A DNA stretch of 64,000 nt from Elusimicrobiota bacterium (GTDB taxonomy: Bacteria > Elusimicrobiota > Elusimicrobia > UBA1565 > UBA9628), in assembly GCA_003151975.1 (NCBI GenBank), contig PLZD01000009.1, forward strand, positions 65,508 to 129,507, given 5' to 3'. Positions 1 through 11,442 of this stretch are shown here, piece by piece. The notes under the pieces were generated by a model, which saw only the letters and a program-made list of their open reading frames with translations, ran no database searches and was not told the DNA's origin. Each line of letters starts with the position of its first letter. The first letter of the stretch is position 1. Made by a program: the position numbers and the translations under genes.

Positions 1-313
1 CATCGCGCAGGGCGCGCGGCCCTTGGTCAACGTCGTCACGACTGTCGTACCCACATCTTCCCGAATCACCGTGCTCTCGGCCTCCTCGGGAGACCAGATC
101 TCCGGCACGATCAACGCTCAGGCCCACGGCATGTTCACCTATTACCTGCTCAAGGGGCTCAAGGGCGCCGCCGATCCCGACGACAGCGGGCATGTCAGCC
201 TCGACGCGCTTTACACTTACGTCAAGAAGTCCGTCCAAAAAGCCGCGCATCGCGACAACAGAGAGCAAACGCCGGAGCTCCATGGCGCTAATCCGGAACT
301 TAGGTTATACTAG
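1..313 (+). CDS. Caspase-domain (peptidase C14) protein, C-terminal fragment; the gene begins upstream of the window
   Basis: The C-terminal ~96 aa are ~80% identical to the C-terminus of the next gene (SGDQISGTI..HGMFTY..LKGLKG..DP.D.GHVSLDALYTYVKKSV..AAHRDNR.QTPELH.ANP). Third codon positions are G/C-rich. Confidence 0.7.
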   Translation, partial: IAQGARPLVNVVTTVVPTSSRITVLSASSGDQISGTINAQAHGMFTYYLLKGLKGAADPDDSGHVSLDALYTYVKKSVQKAAHRDNREQTPELHGANPELRLY

Positions 314-357
314 GGTGTCGCCGCCGCACGCCGACAAATGTCGGGAGGATTAAGCCT

Positions 358-1458
358 ATGAAATTGATCTCCGCCGGACTTGCGGTCGTTTTCGCCGCAG
401 CCTACGCCGGACTCGTCGGGTGCGCGGCCGGCGGCGGCGGCGGCGGCTACTACGCCAACGATTCTTCCGTCCCAATTCAGCGCAGAGGCATGCTGATGGG
501 CGCCGTCGCTCAGAGAGCCGCGCCTCCCGCGCCTCCCGCGCCGGCTTACTCGAACCAGAGCTGGAGCAACAACGCCCGGCAGCAAACACGCGACGAGTCC
601 CAGGATCAGGACGAAACGCAAAACGCGCGCAAGCCCCGGCGGCAAGCCGATGAGGACGCGCCCGCGCCCCGCGTGGCGGCCTCCGACGTCGACAAGATCG
701 GCAAGTTCACCGAGAAGGAACACGTCGACGATTTCGCTTTGGTCGTCGGCATCGAGAAGTACCAGAACGTCCCGAAGGCCGACTACGCCGAGCACGACGC
801 CCAGACGATGAAGAAATACTTCGAGGCGATGGGCGTGCCCGAGGAGAACGTCATTCTTCTGACCGGCGACAAGGCCACGCGCACGGGCCTGGCGAAATAT
901 TTGGAAGAGTGGCTGCCCAAGAACGTGACCGCCGACTCGCGCGTCTATTTCTACTACTCCGGCCACGGCGCGCCCGATCCGGCCGACAGCACGGCCTATC
1001 TCGTGCCGTGGGACGGCGACGCGTCCTACTTGAAGACGAGCGCTTATCCTGTGTCTAGGCTTTATGAAAAATTGGCCGCGCTCAAGGCCAAGCAAGTCAT
1101 CGTCATGCTCGACTCGTGCTTCTCCGGCGCCGGCGGCCGCTCGGTCATCGCCAAGGGGGCGCGTCCGCTGGTCAACGTCGTCAACACGGCCGTGCCCGAG
1201 GATTCGCACCTGACCGTGCTTGCGGCCTCATCCGGCGATCAGATTTCCGGCACGATCGACGAGCAGGGGCACGGCATGTTTACCTATTTCGTGCTCAAGG
1301 GCTTGAAAGGCGAGGCCGATCCCGAGGACACGGGGCACGTCAGCCTCGACGCGCTCTACACCTACGTCAAGAAGTCGGTCTCGCGCGCCGCTCACCGCGA
1401 CAACCGCGACCAGACGCCGGAACTGCATTCGGCCAACCCGGCGCTCAAGCTCTACTAG
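358..1458 (+). CDS. Caspase-domain (peptidase C14, orthocaspase-like) lipoprotein
   Basis: N-terminal lipoprotein signal ending in lipobox LVGC. Catalytic dyad motifs YYSGHGAPD (His) and MLDSCFSGAG (Cys). A GGGAGGA RBS lies 7 nt upstream of the start. Confidence 0.8.
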   Translation: MKLISAGLAVVFAAAYAGLVGCAAGGGGGGYYANDSSVPIQRRGMLMGAVAQRAAPPAPPAPAYSNQSWSNNARQQTRDESQDQDETQNARKPRRQADEDAPAPRVAASDVDKIGKFTEKEHVDDFALVVGIEKYQNVPKADYAEHDAQTMKKYFEAMGVPEENVILLTGDKATRTGLAKYLEEWLPKNVTADSRVYFYYSGHGAPDPADSTAYLVPWDGDASYLKTSAYPVSRLYEKLAALKAKQVIVMLDSCFSGAGGRSVIAKGARPLVNVVNTAVPEDSHLTVLAASSGDQISGTIDEQGHGMFTYFVLKGLKGEADPEDTGHVSLDALYTYVKKSVSRAAHRDNRDQTPELHSANPALKLY

Positions 1459-2666
1459 CCCCAGAGCTCCTTGATCGCGTCCTGGAACAGCAGGCCGTTG
1501 AAGCAGAAGTAGGTGAAGGCCAGGCTCGCCAGCACGAAGTAGGCGATCAAAACGAAGGTCCGGCTGCGCGCGGCCGATTTCTCGCCGACGCCCGTTAGCG
1601 CGAACAGCGGCGTCAGGTACCAGCTGTGCCACATCTGCAGAAACGGGCTGCGCGCCAGCATGACGATCGTCCAGGCCAGGCACGCGATCAGCAGGCGCGC
1701 GCGATTTTGAGCCAGCGCGCCCGCGAGCAGGCCCATCGGCACGAGCAGGTAGCTGAGCCGCGCCCACGACGAAAAATCCGCCGTCGTGAAGAAGAAATTC
1801 GTGGGCTTCAAGGTCATCAGCCACGGATAAACGAGGACGAACGAGTAGGACGAGAGTCCGAGCATGAACAAGGATGAGAGCGTCATCGCGTTCTGACGGC
1901 GATTCTGCTTGCGGTATTCCTTCTGGCTAAAGAAAAGCCAAGCGCCCCAGGCGAGCATCGGCAGGTACCACAGCGCGCGGAAGTGCAGGAACAGCGAGAG
2001 GCAGTACCAGAACACGGTCTCGAGCCCCTTGCGTTTTTTCAGCGCCCGCGCCGCGAGCAGCAGCGGGATCATCGCCGTCGCGTCATAGAAGCCGTGCAAA
2101 GTCCAAAAAATCGTCTCGAGATAGACGAGAGGGATGATGATGAGCGCGGCGAGCTCGAGCGTGTCCTCGCCCTCGGCTTTGGCCGGCAGGACCTGAGACC
2201 AGAAGAACCACAGGAAGACATGGGCGAGCAGGAGCAGCTCGATGAGGCCTATCGTCGCGGCCGTCTTCGGATTCAGGTCGAGCGCTTCCTTTAATATCGC
2301 CTCGGGCAGAAACACCGCGAAGACGCCGGGCGGGTAGGGCCGCGGCAGGTAGCTCCAGTTGACGAGCAAGGGCGGCTTGCCTTGGCGTTCGGGTATGTCG
2401 AGCAGGTCGGTCACGCCCTGCGCGTCCGAGAGCCAGCCGTAGCGCGACGCGAACTCGTCGGCGACTTCTTTAGCGGGCCGAGTCCCCAGCCGCGCCACTG
2501 GTTCGCGGTATAGGCTAAAACCGCGGTACATCAGCAGGATCGTGCTGTCGATGTGGGCGGGCGCGTCGGCCTCGGAGCCCGCGAGGCACAGGTGGTTGGA
2601 TTTAAGGCCGAAGATCACGAAGGCGGTCCAGATCGCGAAGGAGGCCGCGAGAAGCTTAATCTTCAA
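1455..2666 (-). CDS. Polytopic integral membrane protein of unknown function
   Basis: 403-aa ORF with ~10 hydrophobic segments and G/C-rich third positions. Overlaps the purH stop by 4 bp, suggesting co-transcription. I recognise no catalytic motif. Confidence 0.55.
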   Translation of the reverse strand: MKIKLLAASFAIWTAFVIFGLKSNHLCLAGSEADAPAHIDSTILLMYRGFSLYREPVARLGTRPAKEVADEFASRYGWLSDAQGVTDLLDIPERQGKPPLLVNWSYLPRPYPPGVFAVFLPEAILKEALDLNPKTAATIGLIELLLLAHVFLWFFWSQVLPAKAEGEDTLELAALIIIPLVYLETIFWTLHGFYDATAMIPLLLAARALKKRKGLETVFWYCLSLFLHFRALWYLPMLAWGAWLFFSQKEYRKQNRRQNAMTLSSLFMLGLSSYSFVLVYPWLMTLKPTNFFFTTADFSSWARLSYLLVPMGLLAGALAQNRARLLIACLAWTIVMLARSPFLQMWHSWYLTPLFALTGVGEKSAARSRTFVLIAYFVLASLAFTYFCFNGLLFQDAIKELWG

Positions 2667-4222
2667 TGCCGGAAGTGGCGCACTCCCGCGAACAGCATGG
2701 CGACGTTGTGAGCGTCCGCGGCCTCGATGGCGTCGTGGTCGTCGCTTGAGCCGCCAGGCTGCATGATGGCGGAGATTCCGCCGGCCGCGGCCTCTTGAAC
2801 GTGCTCGGCCGACAGCGCGCCATCGCTTGCCAGCACCATCGGCTCGCCCGCGGGCAAAATCGGATGGCGCTCCTGACTTTTGACGAGAGCTAGGCGTAAT
2901 GAGTCCAGCCGCGAGGTCTGACCGCTGCCGATGCCCAAGGTGGCGGAGCCCTTGCAGATGATCGCGGCGTGCGTGCGCGCGTGCTTGGCGACGTGCCAGG
3001 CCAGGCGCAAAGACTTCATCTCCATCTCGTGCGGCGTGCGTTTGGTCACGACTCGTGGTCCGGACGCCGCCATCGGCTGGGTGTCCTTGTCCTGCACGAG
3101 CACGCCGCCGGCCACGGCTTTTAGGTCCAGCTCGTGGGCCGAGATCAAAGTCGAGGGAAGCGTGACCAGGCGAATGTCTTTCTTGGCCTTGAGCGCGAGC
3201 ATGGCCTTATGCGAGAAGGCGGGCGCCGCGACGCAGCCGACGTACTGCTCGGCGAATATGCCCGCGGTGTCCTCGTCGAGCTCGCGGTTGACCGCGGCAG
3301 TGCCTTGAAAGCCGCCGCGCGGGTCGCAGCGGAAGGCCAGGCGCGCCGCGTCGGACAACTTGTTGGACGAGGCCGCGCCGACGGGAACGGCGTGCTTGAC
3401 GACGACGCAGGCGGACTCGGTGATCTCGGTGGCCAGCTCCCAGGCGACCTCGAGGTCGAGATAGTGGTTGTAGGTCAGCGGCTTGCCGTGGATCAATTCC
3501 GCGGCGTTGATGCCCCAAGGCCTGGCGCCGCTCAACGTGTAGAGCGCGCCTTGCTGTTGGGGGTTTTCGCCGTAGCCGAGGTCCACCGTCTTCTTGAGGC
3601 CGATGACGAGCTCGTCGGGGAGTTTCTCCCAGCGCTCGCCGAGATACTGCGCGACCGTCGTGTCGTAGTAGGCCGTGTAATGGAAGGCCTTGGCCGAGAG
3701 ATTCTGGCGCTTCTCGACCGAGAGCTTGCCGAACTGGCGCAAGGACTCGATGGTCGGCTGGTAGTCGTCGGGATCGCAGAGGGGGATGACGTGCCGGAAA
3801 TTGCGCGCGGCCGCGCGCAAGAGCGTTGAGCCCGCGAGATCGATGAACTCGAGAATTTCGGACTGGGACAGCTTGGCGTCGCCGACGATCTCGGCGACCG
3901 GATAAAAAGTGACGGCGACCAGATCGATGGGCACCGCGTGCCGGCGCTCGAGCTCGTGCATCTGGCCGGGCTTGTCGCGGTCGGCCGTGAGCCCGATGAG
4001 TATTCGCGGGTGCATGAAGCCCAGGCGGCCTTCGAGCACGTCGGGGGATTTGACGAGCTCGCGCAGGTCGAGGACTTTGAGCTCGGCTTGCTTGAGCGCG
4101 TCGGCGGTGCTGCCGTAGGAGATCAGCGTGTAGCCGAGGTCCTTGAGCGCGTAGCCGAGTTCGATGATGCCGGTCTTGTCGGTGACGGAAAGCAGGGCGT
4201 AGCGCGGCGTCGTTTCCGCCAT
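2663..4222 (-). CDS. purH: Bifunctional AICAR transformylase / IMP cyclohydrolase
   Basis: Full-length match to the PurH architecture: an MGS-like N-terminal domain followed by the AICARFT domain, with the typical C-terminal ...GVRHFRH. Confidence 0.95.
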   Translation of the reverse strand: MAETTPRYALLSVTDKTGIIELGYALKDLGYTLISYGSTADALKQAELKVLDLRELVKSPDVLEGRLGFMHPRILIGLTADRDKPGQMHELERRHAVPIDLVAVTFYPVAEIVGDAKLSQSEILEFIDLAGSTLLRAAARNFRHVIPLCDPDDYQPTIESLRQFGKLSVEKRQNLSAKAFHYTAYYDTTVAQYLGERWEKLPDELVIGLKKTVDLGYGENPQQQGALYTLSGARPWGINAAELIHGKPLTYNHYLDLEVAWELATEITESACVVVKHAVPVGAASSNKLSDAARLAFRCDPRGGFQGTAAVNRELDEDTAGIFAEQYVGCVAAPAFSHKAMLALKAKKDIRLVTLPSTLISAHELDLKAVAGGVLVQDKDTQPMAASGPRVVTKRTPHEMEMKSLRLAWHVAKHARTHAAIICKGSATLGIGSGQTSRLDSLRLALVKSQERHPILPAGEPMVLASDGALSAEHVQEAAAGGISAIMQPGGSSDDHDAIEAADAHNVAMLFAGVRHFRH

Positions 4223-4265
4223 GATCGGTTAGTATAGCGAAAATTGTTGTGATCGGCGCGGCGCC

Positions 4266-6348
<2,083 letters not shown>

Positions 6349-6350
6349 GA

Positions 6351-6761
6351 TTATTTTCCGCGTTTGTCTTTGAGCTTGTCTAGGACGCCGTTGACGAAGC
6401 GCGTGGAATCTTCCGTGGAAAACTTGCGCGCGATCTCGATGGCTTCGTCGATCACGACGCCGACGGGAGTGTCGGTGGAGCCCAGAAGCTCGAAGGCCGC
6501 CAGGCGCAGGACGTTGCGGTCGACGAGCGGCATGCGCGCCACGACCCAGTTCTCGGCGACCGCGGTGATGGCGGCGTCAAGCTGGTCGCGCTGAGCCAGC
6601 GTGCCCTCGACCAGGGCGCGGGCGAAATCGGAGGTCTTCTCGTCGGCGTCGGAATCTCCGCGCAGGACGCTGGCGATGGCCTCGGCGCAGGGCGTGTGGG
6701 CGGCGTCGGCGATGTAAAGCGCCTGGAGCGCGATCTCTCTCGCCTGGCGTCTTCTACCCAT
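6351..6761 (-). CDS. nusB: Transcription antitermination factor NusB
   Basis: 136 aa beginning MGRRRQAREIALQALY, the typical NusB N-terminus. Its position after ribH is the conserved rib-nusB arrangement. Confidence 0.9.
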   Translation of the reverse strand: MGRRRQAREIALQALYIADAAHTPCAEAIASVLRGDSDADEKTSDFARALVEGTLAQRDQLDAAITAVAENWVVARMPLVDRNVLRLAAFELLGSTDTPVGVVIDEAIEIARKFSTEDSTRFVNGVLDKLKDKRGK

Positions 6762-7188
6762 TGGAGGCCTTGAGCTCCCTGCGCAGCTTGAGCACTTCGA
6801 GCGCCGCGTGCGCGGCTTCCTTGCCGCGGTCGAGCGCGCCCTTGGTGCGCGCGACGGCCTGGGCGTAAGCCGTCGGCGTGATGACGCCGAGGATCACGGG
6901 CACCCGCGTCTTGATGGAAATGTCGTGGAGATGTTGGATGGTGGAGCGGGCGATGTGCTCGTTCTGCGGCGTGGCGCCCTTGAGTATGCAGCCGAGCGCG
7001 ATGATGACGTCGTATTTGTCCGAGAGCGCGAGCTCGTTGCAGAGCCAAGGCAGCTCGTAGCCGCCCGGAACGTGGAAGACCGCGATCTTGTCGCCCGAGA
7101 AGCCGTGGGGAACGAGCGCCGCCTGGCAGTTCTTGAGCAGTTGGGCGGTGACCTCTTCGTTGAAGCGCGAGACGGCGATCGCTATCAC
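6754..7188 (-). CDS. ribH: 6,7-dimethyl-8-ribityllumazine synthase
   Basis: 144 aa with lumazine-synthase motifs (FNEEVT...HVPGGYELP...IALGCILKGAT.). Overlaps nusB and ribBA. Confidence 0.93.
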   Translation of the reverse strand: MIAIAVSRFNEEVTAQLLKNCQAALVPHGFSGDKIAVFHVPGGYELPWLCNELALSDKYDVIIALGCILKGATPQNEHIARSTIQHLHDISIKTRVPVILGVITPTAYAQAVARTKGALDRGKEAAHAALEVLKLRRELKASNG

Positions 7189-8414
7189 GGTAAGACCTCC
7201 TCGCTGATCATGTGGCCCATCTTCGTGCGCTTGGCCTTGAGGTAGCGCGCGTTGTGCTTGTTGGCCTGCATTTGGATCGCCACGCGCTCGACGACCTTGA
7301 GGCCGTAGCCCTCGATGCCGACGATCTTGCGCGGGTTGTTCGTCAAAATCCTCAGGGTGGTCAGGCCGAGGTCGGCGAGAATCTGCGCTCCGATGCCGTA
7401 CTCGCGCAGGTCGGCCTTAAAGCCCAGCGCCCGGTTGGCCTGGACGGTGTCGAGGCCTTTGTCTTGCAGGCCGTACGAGCGGATCTTGTTGAGCAGGCCG
7501 ATGCCGCGGCCTTCTTGCGAAAGATAGAGAAGGACGCCGCGGCCCGCGTCGCTGATGCGGGAGAGCGCGGCCGCGAGCTGTTGGCCGCAGTCGCAGCGCA
7601 TCGAGAAAAGCGTGTCGCCCGTGATGCACGAGCTGTGCACGCGCACCATGACTTTCTTGACGCCGTCGACGAGGCCTTTGACCAGCGCCAGGTGCTGCTT
7701 GCCCGTGATGGTCTCTTCGTAGACGTGGAGCGTGAACTCGCCGTGGCGCGTGGGCAAGCGCGCGGTGGCCACGCGCTTGACCAGGCGCTCGTTGGACCGG
7801 CGGTACTCGATGAGGTCCTTGATCGTCGCGACGCGCAGCTTGTGGCGCTTGGCGAATCTCAGCAGCTGGCTGGTGCGCGCCATCGTGCCGTCGGCGTTGA
7901 GTATCTCGCAGATGACGCCCGCGGGCTGAAGGCCGGCCAGGCGCGCGAGGTCGACGGCGGCCTCGGTGTGGCCCGCGCGGACCAGCACGCCTCCGTCCTT
8001 GGCGCGCAGGGGGAAAACGTGGCCGGGACGGATCAAATCCTCGGGCTTCGTGCGCGAATCGATCAGCGCGCGGACCGTGGCCGCGCGGTCGGCGGCGGAA
8101 ATTCCGGTCGTCGTGCCGCGCTTGGCGTCGACCGAGACGGAAAAAGCTGTGTCGCGACCGGGCGCGGGCCCCGCGGAGTTCGACGCGTCGACCATCGCGT
8201 GGACGCGCAGCTGGTCCAAGCGGGGACCGAGCATCGGCACGCAGATGAGGCCGCGCGCGTGCGAGGCCATGAAATTGATCGCCTTTACGGTGCAGTGCTC
8301 GGCGGCGATGACGACATCCCCTTCATTCTCGCGGTCGGGATCGTCGATGACGATGACCATGCGCCCGCGGCGGATGTCCTTGACGGCCTCCTCGATCGAA
8401 TCGAACTTGCCCAT
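7185..8414 (-). CDS. ribBA: Bifunctional 3,4-dihydroxy-2-butanone-4-phosphate synthase / GTP cyclohydrolase II
   Basis: N-terminal DHBP synthase domain plus C-terminal GTP cyclohydrolase II domain with the Zn site C..C.C. 409 aa. Confidence 0.93.
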   Translation of the reverse strand: MGKFDSIEEAVKDIRRGRMVIVIDDPDRENEGDVVIAAEHCTVKAINFMASHARGLICVPMLGPRLDQLRVHAMVDASNSAGPAPGRDTAFSVSVDAKRGTTTGISAADRAATVRALIDSRTKPEDLIRPGHVFPLRAKDGGVLVRAGHTEAAVDLARLAGLQPAGVICEILNADGTMARTSQLLRFAKRHKLRVATIKDLIEYRRSNERLVKRVATARLPTRHGEFTLHVYEETITGKQHLALVKGLVDGVKKVMVRVHSSCITGDTLFSMRCDCGQQLAAALSRISDAGRGVLLYLSQEGRGIGLLNKIRSYGLQDKGLDTVQANRALGFKADLREYGIGAQILADLGLTTLRILTNNPRKIVGIEGYGLKVVERVAIQMQANKHNARYLKAKRTKMGHMISEEVLP

Positions 8415-8415
8415 G

Positions 8416-8988
<573 letters not shown>

Positions 8989-9032
8989 TTCAGAGAACCC
9001 AGAAATAGAATAGAAAATGCGGAACGGCAATG

Positions 9033-9356
9033 CTACCCGCGATGAGTTCGCGCGATGATCCGTCCGAGTTCCGGGTTCGAGGCCCCGAGCGCCAGCAGCG
9101 AACGAATGAGCAGGTCGATCGACACCGAGCCGTCAGCGGCTTCCATCTTCGCGACGCGGCTTTGGCTTGATTCGATCAGTTTCGCAAGCTCGGTCTGTCC
9201 CAGGCGGCGCTTGAGGCGCTTTTTGCGCAGGCTCTCCGCCAGGCGCATCTTCAATTCGACGTATTTAGATTCCTCATCCGAAAGACCCAGCAATTCCTTG
9301 GCGTCGCCAAAGCGCCAGCCTTTGGCTTTTAACCGTTTGCGCTTCGTGGCATTCAT
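9033..9356 (-). CDS. HigA-like (XRE-family) helix-turn-helix DNA-binding protein, orphan antitoxin-like
   Basis: 107 aa with the pattern GWRFGDAKELLGLSDEE...LRKKRLKRRLGQTELAKLIESSQSRVAKMEA, typical of HigA2/COG5606-type antidote HTH proteins. No toxin ORF lies upstream. Confidence 0.65.
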   Translation of the reverse strand: MNATKRKRLKAKGWRFGDAKELLGLSDEESKYVELKMRLAESLRKKRLKRRLGQTELAKLIESSQSRVAKMEAADGSVSIDLLIRSLLALGASNPELGRIIARTHRG

Positions 9357-9368
9357 CTAAAGACAGTG

Positions 9369-9386
9369 TATGTCGGATTAGACATA
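9369..9386. promoter_or_regulatory. Short palindrome TATGTC-N6-GACATA in the leader of the HigA-like HTH gene
   Basis: Arms are perfect reverse complements. It lies 13-30 bp upstream of the HTH start codon, in a 50-bp intergenic gap. Confidence 0.3.
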
Positions 9387-9406
9387 TTGTCAATGGCACG
9401 CTGCGA

Positions 9407-10426
9407 CTATCGGACTTGGCTGTGGAAAAGGAAGTCGGGGCCGATCTTCTTGATGGCTGGGTTCAGGAGGCGGGGAGCCGCGTTCGGGTCGCGGGCTCCG
9501 GCAAGAAGTTTCGGCGCGAGGAAGACATAGGCTTCGTCGACGAGGCCGGCGGCGAGAAAGCTCGCGTGGACGCACGGGCCGCCCTCGATGAGCAAGCGGG
9601 CGATGCCGCGGCGGCGCAGCTCCTTGAGGACCAAGGCGAGATCGAGGCGTCCTTGGCGCAGAGGAACTTGGATCGTCTGGGCGTTGCGGAAAGTCTTTAA
9701 AGAGGCCGTGACGATCCAGGTCGGCGCGTTGCCGTCGAGCACTTGCGCGTTGCGCGGCGTGCGGCCGCGCGAGTCGAGCACGACTCGCACGGGATTTCTG
9801 CCCGCGCCGTGAGCCGTCAGCGAGGGATCATCGGCCAGCACCGTGCCGACGCCGACCAGGATCGCGTCGACTTTGGCGCGCAGCTTGTGGCCTTCAGCTC
9901 GCGCCCTTGGCGAAGTTATCCACTTCGATTTGCCGTTCTCGGTCTTGGCCTTGCCGTCGAGGGAAAGCGCGGTCTTCAGGATGACGTGGACCTTCTTGGA
10001 CTTCATGCGCGCGAGAAAATCGGCGTTGAGCGCTTTGGCCTCGGCGGCGCAAAGTCCGACGCTTGTTTTTATTCCGCCGCGATTCAATACGCGGAGACCT
10101 CCGCCGGAGACTCCCGGATTAGGATCGCGCACCGCCGCGACGACGCGCGCGATGCCGGCCTTGGCGAGAGTATCCGCGCAGGGCGGCGTCTTCTTGCCTT
10201 TGTGCGCGCAGCAGGGCTCGAGCGTGACGAAAGCCGTCGCGCCGCGCGCCTCCTTACCGGCTTTTTTGAGAGCTTTCGGCTCGGCATGAGGCCCTCCGAA
10301 GCGGTCGTGCCAGCCCTCGCCGACGATCTTGCCGTCCTTGACGAGCACGCAGCCGACCTTCGGATTTGGAAAAGTGTTTTTTCCTCGGCGCGCCAGCGCC
10401 AGCGCGCGGCGCATGAAGCGCGTCAC
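9407..10426 (-). CDS. ribD: Bifunctional diaminohydroxyphosphoribosylaminopyrimidine deaminase / 5-amino-6-(5-phosphoribosylamino)uracil reductase
   Basis: CMP/dCMP deaminase Zn motif HAE...PCxxC, followed by the RibD C-terminal reductase domain. 339 aa. Confidence 0.92.
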   Translation of the reverse strand: MTRFMRRALALARRGKNTFPNPKVGCVLVKDGKIVGEGWHDRFGGPHAEPKALKKAGKEARGATAFVTLEPCCAHKGKKTPPCADTLAKAGIARVVAAVRDPNPGVSGGGLRVLNRGGIKTSVGLCAAEAKALNADFLARMKSKKVHVILKTALSLDGKAKTENGKSKWITSPRARAEGHKLRAKVDAILVGVGTVLADDPSLTAHGAGRNPVRVVLDSRGRTPRNAQVLDGNAPTWIVTASLKTFRNAQTIQVPLRQGRLDLALVLKELRRRGIARLLIEGGPCVHASFLAAGLVDEAYVFLAPKLLAGARDPNAAPRLLNPAIKKIGPDFLFHSQVR

Positions 10427-11442
10427 GGGATCACGGCGAACTTGCGGTTGGACTGCCCGTGGCGCTCGTGGAAGAACGACGGGACCTCGTCGAGCGCGAT
10501 GCGGCCTTCGATGAGCAAACCGGTCTTGACGCGACTAGACGCTAAAAGGTCGACGGCGGCTTTGAAGTATTTCGGCGTGTGGTGAAAGACGCCGTGCAAA
10601 GTGATCTGGCTGTAGTGAATGCGGTGCGTGTCGATGGGGACCATCGTGCCCGACGCGCAGCCGCCGAACAGGCAGACGCGGCCGCCCTTGCGCGTGAGCT
10701 CGACGGCCATTTGCCAGGTCTTGGCGGTGCCGACGGCCTCGAACACGCAGTCGGCGCCGCGGCCGTCGGTCAATCTCTTGATCGCGGCTATCGGCTCCGC
10801 GTTCTCGGTGCTGATGACGGTGTCGGCGCCCGCGGCCGAAGCGATGTCGAGATTGGCCTTGCTGCGGCCGACCACGAGCACGCGCACGCCGCGCGCGCGC
10901 AGGGCCTGGAGCAGAAGCAGGGACATCGAGCCCGCGCCGATGATCGCGGCGGTCTCGCCCTCGTGGGCGCGCACGACGTCGACGGCGTGGATGGCGCAGG
11001 CCAGCGGATCGCCGAGCGCCGCCTCGGAGAAGCCGAGGTTGTCGGGCAGCTTGTAGAGATTGTGCTTGACGATGGGCGCGGGCACGAGGTTGTACTCCGC
11101 GTAGCCGCCGTTGTGGAGCTTGAGGTCGTCGCAAAGCTGGGTCTGGCCGCGCTCGCAGTAGAAGCAGCCCTCGCACGGCGCGGAATTGGCCGCAACGACC
11201 CGGTCGCCGCTCTTAAACTTCGAAACATTCTTGCCGACGGCCGCGATGACGCCGGCGAACTCATGTCCGAACGGCGAGGGGGGAGTTCCCAACATGTGAT
11301 GGCCCTGGCGGTAGGCCTTGAAGTCCGTGCCGCAGGTAAGTGCCGCGGAAATTTTCAGCAAGACCTCGCCGGGTCCGGGCTCGGGCGTGGGAACGTCGAC
11401 GAGCTTGATGACCTTGGGCGCGTAGAACAGGACCGCTTTCAC
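10423..11442 (-). CDS. Zn-dependent alcohol dehydrogenase (MDR superfamily, threonine/sorbitol dehydrogenase-like)
   Basis: The likely start is a GTG at 11442 that overlaps the upstream stop as GTGA. Zn-ADH signatures GHEFAG, CEGC.YC and the GAGSMS Rossmann glycine motif are present. The first ~250 aa of the long track ORF are off-frame junk from the upstream gene. Confidence 0.8.
   Translation of the reverse strand: MKAVLFYAPKVIKLVDVPTPEPGPGEVLLKISAALTCGTDFKAYRQGHHMLGTPPSPFGHEFAGVIAAVGKNVSKFKSGDRVVAANSAPCEGCFYCERGQTQLCDDLKLHNGGYAEYNLVPAPIVKHNLYKLPDNLGFSEAALGDPLACAIHAVDVVRAHEGETAAIIGAGSMSLLLLQALRARGVRVLVVGRSKANLDIASAAGADTVISTENAEPIAAIKRLTDGRGADCVFEAVGTAKTWQMAVELTRKGGRVCLFGGCASGTMVPIDTHRIHYSQITLHGVFHHTPKYFKAAVDLLASSRVKTGLLIEGRIALDEVPSFFHERHGQSNRKFAVIP

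Noticed and set aside
10535-11264. Several 150-310-aa ORFs in other frames within the ADH genes (for example 10579..11511 +, 10788..11264 -)
   Set aside because: Overlapping, alternate-frame ORFs with Arg/Ala/Pro bias and no start context, as expected by chance in ~68% GC DNA.
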